Part shown: piece by piece, positions 57,193 through 64,000 of the stretch
Layout: each line of letters begins with the position of its first letter
Numbering within the stretch: the first letter of the stretch is position 1
Assembly (NCBI GenBank): GCA_965261735.1
Contig: OZ253470.1
Location: 1,888,001 to 1,952,000 of the forward strand
Source: Alphaproteobacteria bacterium
Lineage (GTDB): Bacteria; Pseudomonadota; Alphaproteobacteria; SHVV01
Length of the DNA stretch: 64,000 bases
Direction: 5' to 3'
Notes under the pieces: model-generated
What the model was told of the DNA's origin: nothing
Database searches by the model: none
Seen by the model: the letters and a program-made list of their open reading frames with translations, nothing else
Translations under genes and position numbers: made by a program

Positions 57193-57712
57193 CGGGGGTA
57201 TACATCACTCTTGGCACGCGCGCGCCTGATCCCGCATGACGGCGTAGTCGCTCAACATCTCAGCAATCGCAGACCATTCTGTTATTCGGCGAGGAAATTT
57301 GGGTCTGTCGCGGTCTCGATGATGTCAGCGGCTTATGGACGCCAGATCGACAATCTGGAGGCCTTCCAGAGCCAGATTTTGGGGATGTGCCGATCAGGAT
57401 GTGCTCAGAATTCGCCTCGTCTTGTTGCCCGAAGCCACCATCATTAAGATTGAGTCAGACCCGAAATTTGACCCCCCAGAATCAAGGGATCTCAAAGTGT
57501 TAGCGCGCCGATCGGCGTCGAGCCTGCGCGCCGAATAACAAAGGCGGTCGCCATCGCGGTGCGCAACGCTTCGGGACGTCGGCGCTGGTCGAAGCTGGAC
57601 GAGTGGCTGGCCCATCCGACGGGCGGTGCGGAATCCGGCATACCCGCCGGTACCGGGGTACAGCAGGGATCGACGTTGACCGGCGCGATGTCATACGGAT
57701 AACTGCCGGGCC

Positions 57713-58417
57713 ATGACCGACACGGACCCGGAACTCGACCGGCTGCAGGGCGTGCTGAACGCTATTCCCGCCGAACGCGACGGCATGACCATCGCGGAGC
57801 TGGATGGCTATGTCGCCGCCCTGATCGTCTGCCCGGAGATGATCCCGCCCTCCGAATGGCTGCCGGAGGTCTGGGGCGGAGAACACGAATTCGGGGATGT
57901 CGCCGAGGCCGAGGCGACGATTGCCGCGGTGATGGGGCATTACAACCGGATCGCCCGGGAACTGGCGGAGCATCCGGAGGATTACGCACCGGTCCTGGAA
58001 ATCGACCCCAACGGCGGCGAGACCTTGTGGGAACCGTGGATCGACGGCTTCGAACGGGCCATGCGGCTGCGTCCGGATGCGTGGGAGGAGATCGCACTGA
58101 GCGACGACAAGGAGGCGTCGGCGTCGGTCAGCATGATCGTTGCGCTGAACGATTTCTATTACGGCCCGTCCGAGTTGACGGAAGAGGCAGAGGACGAGCT
58201 CGACCGGCTTGCGCCCGGAATGGTCCCGGAGTTCGTGCGCAATCTGAACGCCTGGACGAAGTACCGGCAAATCGGGAAGCGCGGCAGGGGCGGCGCCGGG
58301 TTTCATGCCCCATCTGTCCATGACGATCCGCCGGCATTCGGCCGCAAGGTGGGCCGCAACGAGCCCTGCCCGTGCGGCTCGGGCCGCAAATACAAGCGCT
58401 GCTACGGTGCGCATTGA
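57713..58417 (+). CDS. UPF0149/YecA-family protein with SEC-C motif
   Basis: [41 protein letters not shown]. Confidence 0.88.
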   Translation: MTDTDPELDRLQGVLNAIPAERDGMTIAELDGYVAALIVCPEMIPPSEWLPEVWGGEHEFGDVAEAEATIAAVMGHYNRIARELAEHPEDYAPVLEIDPNGGETLWEPWIDGFERAMRLRPDAWEEIALSDDKEASASVSMIVALNDFYYGPSELTEEAEDELDRLAPGMVPEFVRNLNAWTKYRQIGKRGRGGAGFHAPSVHDDPPAFGRKVGRNEPCPCGSGRKYKRCYGAH

Positions 58418-58580
58418 CCGGGCATTTGCAACGACGCGAAGACGGAATTCTGCCGGCCGAGACTAGAGCGTGGTGCCGTAGTGGCCGCAGAGAACTCAGC
58501 AAGCGGGCCGGAATTGCACGAAAGCGAACATTGCGCTGCCGACCCGTGCGGATCGAAGCGGGTGCGGGGGAAGGAGCGGC

Positions 58581-59177
58581 ATGAAGGAGGTGCCATTCAG
58601 GGTTTGGTTGAAGGTCGAGAGGGGGATGAGCGCCGGCACCGTGGGCAGTCGAATCAGCAACTGCCGGAGAGTAGAGCGACATGAAGGCGATCTCGACGCC
58701 CACTACGATTCCGACGAACTGGACGGCCTGTTGCAGCGCCTGAATCCGGAAGAGCCGGCGCACGGGATCGCGATTGCAGGAGACGTGTACAACGGCACGG
58801 CGACGCTGAAGAACGCGGTCAGCCTCTATTGCGATTTTCGGAAAGGTGGCAGCAGAACGGTTTCTTCGGGGGACAATCCGGAAAAGCGACAGCCGCGACA
58901 GGGGCGGAATCGGCGATCGCGAGCACAATGGCCCCCCTGGCCGCAACCGAAGGACGAGGATCTCCTCGCACTCGCCCGGCACCATGTGGAGGACACGCTG
59001 TCCCGGATCTACAACGCGGCCGAGGATCAGGGGCAGATCCCGGAAGCAAGCAATCCCTGCCGACTGGTGGTCAAGTACAGGGAGCGCAAGCGCGAGCGGT
59101 TCCTGACCGACGAGGAGTTCCGGCGGCTCGGCCGGGTGCTCGACGAGTCGGAGACCTGCAAGGGGGTAACCGGGTAG
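58581..59177 (+). pseudogene. Chimeric ORF: hypothetical N-terminus joined to an internal tyrosine-integrase fragment
   Basis: C-terminal TLSRIYN...SNPCRLVVKYRERKRERFLTDEEFRRLG parallels SNPCRHVKRFREEKRERFLSDVEYQRLG in the 62433 integrase. Confidence 0.6.
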
Positions 59178-59184
59178 GCACGCA

Positions 59185-59309
59185 CGCATCTACCATGTGC
59201 CTGGCGGCCATTACTACGAACGCACCAGGATCAGTCCTTCAAAGGTGAGCACTGGTTCTGCTCGGAGGCCGAGGCCCGGTCAGCGGCGTGGCGCAGATCG
59301 CAGCGGTGA
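59185..59309 (+). pseudogene. Frameshifted remnant of a thermonuclease/ExoI-associated C-terminal domain
   Basis: RIYHVPGGHYYERTRISPSK then, in another frame, EHWFCSEAEARSAAWRRS*. Confidence 0.6.
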
Positions 59310-59595
59310 TGCCGAGTGTGCCGAGCAAGGATTGCAAGTCATCTTGAAATCATCGGCAAATGTCGTTCTCGGCTATTGCGATCCCCGAAATTGGATCACG
59401 CCCTGATAACACAGACTTTTTCGAGGCTTTTTGACTCCGGCGTTGGCGCTGTTCTATCCAACCATCAATAACGCCGTTTGTAGTGCCGCCGCCAGCCCAG
59501 CGCAGCTCGGCGAACTTGCGATAGCCGTAGCGGCCATTATCTTGTCCCGCCCAAAAGCACGGTGGCGGCGCGGGGTCAGGGACGGGTTGTAGACG

Positions 59596-60849
59596 TCATC
59601 GCCCGAACGGCACCGCGCCGATGTCTTCGATCCGTTCGTCCCCGGTGAAGCGCCAGATGCCGATGTGGCCACGGCGCAGATCGCCGTTCTCGTCCCAGTC
59701 CATGCTGCCGGCGGCGCCCTCATAGTCGATTTCTCCGCCTTGGGCGAGAATGCGGAGCGCATCGGCCACGCCTTGCGGGCCAGCGGACACTACCGTGCCC
59801 GGACCGCCTCCAACCGCGCGCAACCGGTCGCGGATCGCCGCTCCATTCCCGCTGTTGGCGGCCTGGGCCGCAAGCGCCAGGGCGACCGTAGCGTCATAGG
59901 TTTCCTTGACATAGGCGAGCACCGGCAACGCGCCGTACTCGGCGACGTACGCTGCCTCCCAAGCAGCGGACGCCGTGTTACCGGGCGCGGTCGCGGGTCC
60001 GGTGCCGTACATGCCGCCGAGGCGGGCTCCGCCTATGGACTGGACCAGTCTCAGCCGTTTGGCGGCGTCGCCGAACGTGAAGTGGTCGCAGAGGCCGTTG
60101 TCGATCGCCTCGCGGACCATGATCCCCGCCGCCGTCTCGAAGGCGATCACCACTAAGGCTTGTGCCCCTTCGCTCGTCGACTCGCGCAGTTCGGCGAGGA
60201 AACTGGTTTGGCCGCGTTCGACCGCGACAGCCTTGATTGCGCCGTCCCAGGCGGCTTCGAACGTGCGGGCAAGACCCCGCCCCCACGCGTCGTCGATGTA
60301 AAGCAGGCCGACATTGTTGAAGCCTCGCTCGCGCGTGACGCGGGCAAGGACCGGTCCCTGCGAAATATCAGAAAGGGCGGTTCGAAACAGGAAGTCGTTG
60401 TCGGTGGCCGCGGTCAGCTTAGGGGAGGTGGCCGAGAAGCTGATGGTGGGGACTCCGGCCGGGCCGATCACCCCCTCCGCGATCAGCAGCGCGTTGGCGC
60501 TGGCGTTGGGGCCAACGATGGCATGCACGCCCTCGACCTCGACGAGACGTCGCGCTACCGCGACCGCCGTCTCCGGGTTGGCTGTGGTGTCGCCGACCGC
60601 GACCGACACGGCTCGGCCGAACACGCCGCCGCCGTCGTTGACATGCTTGATCGCGAGGTCGAACGCCCGCTGCCTGTCCCTGGCGGCTTCGGTCGAGCCG
60701 CTGCTGAAATCCATTAGCAGCCCGATCTTGAGAGCATTGGGTCTGTCCGACTGCGCTACCGCGGGTTCCGCTGCCGCGCCGGTTAGCAATATTCCTGCCG
60801 CGCCCAGCAGCATCCAGACCGCGCGCCCCACGAACGGCGTCCTATTCAT
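59596..60849 (-). CDS. ABC transporter substrate-binding protein (branched-chain amino acid/LivJ-like)
   Basis: Signal peptide, HVNDGGGVFG, SATSPKLT, FLFRTA.SD, YDAT, IDYEGAAG. Confidence 0.88.
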   Translation of the reverse strand: MNRTPFVGRAVWMLLGAAGILLTGAAAEPAVAQSDRPNALKIGLLMDFSSGSTEAARDRQRAFDLAIKHVNDGGGVFGRAVSVAVGDTTANPETAVAVARRLVEVEGVHAIVGPNASANALLIAEGVIGPAGVPTISFSATSPKLTAATDNDFLFRTALSDISQGPVLARVTRERGFNNVGLLYIDDAWGRGLARTFEAAWDGAIKAVAVERGQTSFLAELRESTSEGAQALVVIAFETAAGIMVREAIDNGLCDHFTFGDAAKRLRLVQSIGGARLGGMYGTGPATAPGNTASAAWEAAYVAEYGALPVLAYVKETYDATVALALAAQAANSGNGAAIRDRLRAVGGGPGTVVSAGPQGVADALRILAQGGEIDYEGAAGSMDWDENGDLRRGHIGIWRFTGDERIEDIGAVPFGR

Positions 60850-60996
60850 CGGGATTCCCCATGTGTGAGCCTTCCTTGGCACCCCGCCTCGACGACCTCC
60901 AGAAACGACGAAACACCGCCGCCCCACGCACGCTTCACAAGCTCGACGTACATTCCCGGGCTCAGGGGACACCGGCCCGTCGTCATCGACGGGCGC

Positions 60997-62184
60997 CTAC
61001 CAATAGTGGACCGTGACGAACTCGCCGTTTCTGATCTCGACCTCGCGGTAGCTGCCGGCCGATTCGCCAGGACCGATCAGCTCTACCGCGGAGCCGCCCA
61101 CATAGTCGACCTCGCCGCCGTCCTTGAGGATGCGGAGCCCCTTTGCGAGCTCACCTGGGTAGATCTTCTCACCCGGCGCGTTGGCGACGGTCATGATCTT
61201 CTCCTTGTAGAGCGCGGGATTGGAAGAACCGGCAGCCTGCATTGCAAGCATCAGGAGAGCGGCAGCATCATAGGACTCTGCCGCATAGGGTGCGCTTCCA
61301 TTCAGGTTGTTGGCCTCGCCGAGTTCCTTCATGCGCGCTGCGCCCGGCGTGTCGGAACCGGGAAGTTGGCCGAATGACCCCTCGAGGTCGGCGCCGAGGT
61401 TCTCAATGAGGGAGTCCCCGATCATGCCGCTCCCGAGGACGAATAGGTCGAAGGCGCCGGTATCGAGCGCGCTACGAATGATTCCGAGACCGCCCTGATC
61501 CACGTAGCCCGCGACCACGAGAGCCGTACCGCCAGCCGATGCCAGGGTGCCAACCTCGGCCAAATAGTCGGCCCGCCCGTCTTCGTGAGCAAGGCTGATG
61601 GTAATGTTGCCGCCGCGAGCTTCGAACGCGGTTGCGAACGCATTGGCGAAGCCCTTCCCGTAATCGTTGTTGGTATAAGTCAGGGCAACGTCTTTGATGC
61701 CGCGTTTCATGAGTATTCTGGACATGATCTTGCTCCCGCGCGCATCGGACGGTGCGGTGCGGAAGAAGAGCCCGTCATCCTCGGCCGTCGAGAGGGAGGG
61801 CGACGTCGCCGACGGCGAGATCATGACCATCCCGTGCGGGCGCGCCACGCTCTGCAAAATGGCCCCCGTGACGCCCGAGCAGTCGCCGCCGATGATGCCC
61901 TTGACCTTGTCTGCGGTGACGAGACGCTCGGCGGCGGTAGTCGCTGCCGCGGAATCGACGCATGTCGAATCCGCCCGCACCGTGGCGACAGTGGCGCCGT
62001 TGAGCAGGAGCTTAGAGTTCGTGACTTCCGTTACGGCAAGCTCTACCGCGGCGGCCATCGGTGGCGTCAGGGATTCGACTGGGCCGGTAAATCCGAAAAT
62101 GACGCCGACCGGGATTGTCTCCTGGGCGGACGCGCTCGTTACCATTGCGGCCAACGTGGAGATGGCCATGAACAGCTTTCTCAT
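60997..62184 (-). CDS. ABC transporter substrate-binding protein (LivJ-like)
   Basis: Signal peptide ASA/QE, GFTGP, ISPSATSP, FFRTAPSD, NNDYGKG, YDAAA. Confidence 0.9.
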   Translation of the reverse strand: MRKLFMAISTLAAMVTSASAQETIPVGVIFGFTGPVESLTPPMAAAVELAVTEVTNSKLLLNGATVATVRADSTCVDSAAATTAAERLVTADKVKGIIGGDCSGVTGAILQSVARPHGMVMISPSATSPSLSTAEDDGLFFRTAPSDARGSKIMSRILMKRGIKDVALTYTNNDYGKGFANAFATAFEARGGNITISLAHEDGRADYLAEVGTLASAGGTALVVAGYVDQGGLGIIRSALDTGAFDLFVLGSGMIGDSLIENLGADLEGSFGQLPGSDTPGAARMKELGEANNLNGSAPYAAESYDAAALLMLAMQAAGSSNPALYKEKIMTVANAPGEKIYPGELAKGLRILKDGGEVDYVGGSAVELIGPGESAGSYREVEIRNGEFVTVHYW

Positions 62185-62432
62185 GATTGGAGCCTACTTC
62201 GAGAACCGGACAGACTGACGTTAATAACCCCAAAATCCGGACCGGGTGGTTCTTCATCTATGCGGCCTGAGGATGGTCATGTCCCTCATGGCCTGTGCCG
62301 GCGTACGGTAGCCGCTGCTCGAGTGGGGTTGTCGTTGGTTATAGAAAATCTCGATATATTCGAAGAGCGCAGCCCTGGACGGATATTGCTTGAGAATAGA
62401 TAGAGAATCGTGCCGACGCTGATTTTACCGCC

Positions 62433-63578
62433 TTACCCGCTGACTTCGGCGATTCTGCTCGCAATCCGATTGGCAGCGGATTTGACCGGATCGTTAGCGA
62501 GATGGGCGTAACGGGCGGTAGTCTGGACCTGGGTGTGGCCGAGCAATTTTCCGATCATTGGCAAACCCTCGCCGACCAGCAGCCCGCCGCTGGCGAAAGA
62601 GTGCCTCAAGTCATGAATTCGTACATCGTCGAGCGCGGCGCGCGCGCGGATGCGCCGCCAGGGATGTTGCAGGTCAGTAAGATGACTTCCCGGTTTGCGC
62701 CCCGCTATTACCCAGGGGTTGCCGTCACGCCTGTCGATGCGCTCAAGGACGGCGATCGCCGGATCGCCGAGATACACCACCTTGGCGCCCGTCTTGGAGT
62801 CCGGCAGGCGCAACTCACCCGCCTCCAGATCGACATGCTCCCAGAGCAGCTTCTGTATCTCCGATAGACGGCACCCGGTCAGCATCAGCAACCGCACCGC
62901 GGTGATGGCTGAGGCCGTCTCCGAACCGTCCACCTCGATATCTTTCAGGGCTGCGCCCAGACGTTGATACTCGACATCCGATAGAAACCGCTCGCGCTTC
63001 TCCTCTCGGAATCGCTTCACATGCCGGCACGGGTTCGAGCCGTCGGGGCGGAGATCCCACAGCTCCGCCAGATTGAACATCTTGGACAAAACCCCAAGCG
63101 TACGGTTGGCCTGATAGGGCGTGTCGCGCATATCGTAATGGAGCGCCGCGATATCGCTCCTCTGAATATCAGGCACCCGGTACCTGCCGATCCGGGGATC
63201 GATGAACAGCTTGACTGAGCGGCGGTATTCCTCGGCCGTGCTCGGCTTGCAATGGGTGGAGACATATTCCTTCAGGAACCGTTTCCCCAGCGCGATCATG
63301 GTCGGCGCGTCGGCATTGCGCCCCGCGGGGTTCTTTCCCGCTCTCGCGTCGGTGATGATCTCGGCGGCGCGGACGCGGGCATAGGAGGGGGTAACGGCGC
63401 CATGGGGGCCTATGGTCATCTTTATCACCCGGCCGCGATAGCGGGTCTTGACGATATAGACCTTGCGTCCGGTGGGGTGAACGCGCACCCCGAATCCTTT
63501 GAGGTCGTCGTCCCAGACAACGCGTTCGCGCTCTTGGCCGGCCAGTGCATCGACGGTGCGCTTGGTAATTTTGGCCAC
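62433..63578 (-). CDS. Tyrosine integrase with N-terminal arm-binding domain
   Basis: WDDDLKGFGVRV, TGCRLSEI, DSKTG, HDLRHSFAS, LLGH, RYAH; adjacent to the tRNA fragment. Confidence 0.95.
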   Translation of the reverse strand: MAKITKRTVDALAGQERERVVWDDDLKGFGVRVHPTGRKVYIVKTRYRGRVIKMTIGPHGAVTPSYARVRAAEIITDARAGKNPAGRNADAPTMIALGKRFLKEYVSTHCKPSTAEEYRRSVKLFIDPRIGRYRVPDIQRSDIAALHYDMRDTPYQANRTLGVLSKMFNLAELWDLRPDGSNPCRHVKRFREEKRERFLSDVEYQRLGAALKDIEVDGSETASAITAVRLLMLTGCRLSEIQKLLWEHVDLEAGELRLPDSKTGAKVVYLGDPAIAVLERIDRRDGNPWVIAGRKPGSHLTDLQHPWRRIRARAALDDVRIHDLRHSFASGGLLVGEGLPMIGKLLGHTQVQTTARYAHLANDPVKSAANRIASRIAEVSG

Positions 63579-63643
63579 CGCGCTTTATCCCCTTGCAATC
63601 GGATATCAGGCACCTTATAGGTACCTAGAGAGAGCAAGTCAAG

Positions 63644-63722
63644 GCGCATTGAAGCGCACCCCTGCGCACTCGAAAGGTCCATAAAGCTACAGTTTATCGC
63701 ACTAAAGCGCACTCCAGCGCAT
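63644..63722. repeat. Two triplets of 10-bp-phased GCGCAY repeats
   Basis: GCGCAT/GCGCAC/GCGCAC at 63644, 63654, 63664 and TCGCAC/GCGCAC/GCGCAT at 63697, 63707, 63717. Confidence 0.7.
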
Positions 63723-63746
63723 GTGTGTCATGACGATAATTTCAAA

Positions 63747-63791
63747 CTCATAACCTGAAGGTCGCTGGTTCAAATCCAACCCCCGCAACCA
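63747..63791 (+). other. att site: 3' half of tRNA-Met(CAT), initiator type; not a full tRNA
   Basis: CTCATAACCTGAAGGTCGCTGGTTCAAATCCAACCCCCGCAACCA covers anticodon loop, T arm and CCA; no D arm or 5' acceptor strand upstream. Confidence 0.88.
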
Positions 63792-63834
63792 TCATAAACC
63801 CCTTAAAACAAACATGTTTTCAGGGGTTTATGAT
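63791..63834. repeat. Inverted repeat directly after the att core
   Basis: ATCATAAACCCCT...AGGGGTTTATGAT with inner AAAAC/GTTTT. Confidence 0.75.
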
Positions 63835-64000
63835 TCACTGTATTTGTCAAAAAATCCTTCAGTCAACACATGGTCAACACGAGAGTGCGAGCGCGAATTT
63901 TGTATTCGCGCTCTGGTCCCGTATCTGTTCGGCCAAGCCGTGGAATCGTCCAACCTGCGGATGAGGTCGAGCGCGCACCCGCCCCATTTGCTGCCATTGC

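Noticed and set aside
57449-57535. IS21-like end remnant (AAATTTGACCCCCC)
   Set aside because: Single degenerate end with no partner repeat or transposase.
63747-63791. Functional tRNA-Met gene
   Set aside because: 5' half is missing and the T-stem has a mismatch; treated as an att core.

Overview
High-GC, probably alphaproteobacterial genomic island region that ends at a 3' tRNA-Met(CAT) fragment (att site, 63747-63791) beside a tyrosine integrase. Left part (1-12.3 kb) is a defence cluster: the C-terminus of a Type ISP-like restriction-modification enzyme with a coupled HEPN-like gene, an uncharacterised soluble + membrane gene pair, and a translationally coupled Fe-S PD-(D/E)xK nuclease-SF1 helicase + DUF1156-type adenine methyltransferase pair. 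Then come IS elements (IS5, an integrase-IS91 unit), a MOBF relaxase with an ~18 kb leading-region-like gene string (SLOG pseudogene, toprim, ssb, methylase-strawberry-notch helicase, AAA/VWA triad, DUF2958, GHKL ATPase, ParB) and no T4SS or coupling protein, a nested IS scar, a complete class 1 DISARM operon preceded by HTH-Dcm-Vsr, YecA, gene remnants and two orphan ABC substrate-binding proteins. The best novelty candidates are the nuclease-helicase/methylase pair, a 465-bp transposase-less IS110/IS1111 derivative that retains its putative guide-RNA end, the soluble + TM pair, and an AAA/VWA triad with degenerate catalytic motifs. All family calls come from motif recognition by eye; no database searches were run.
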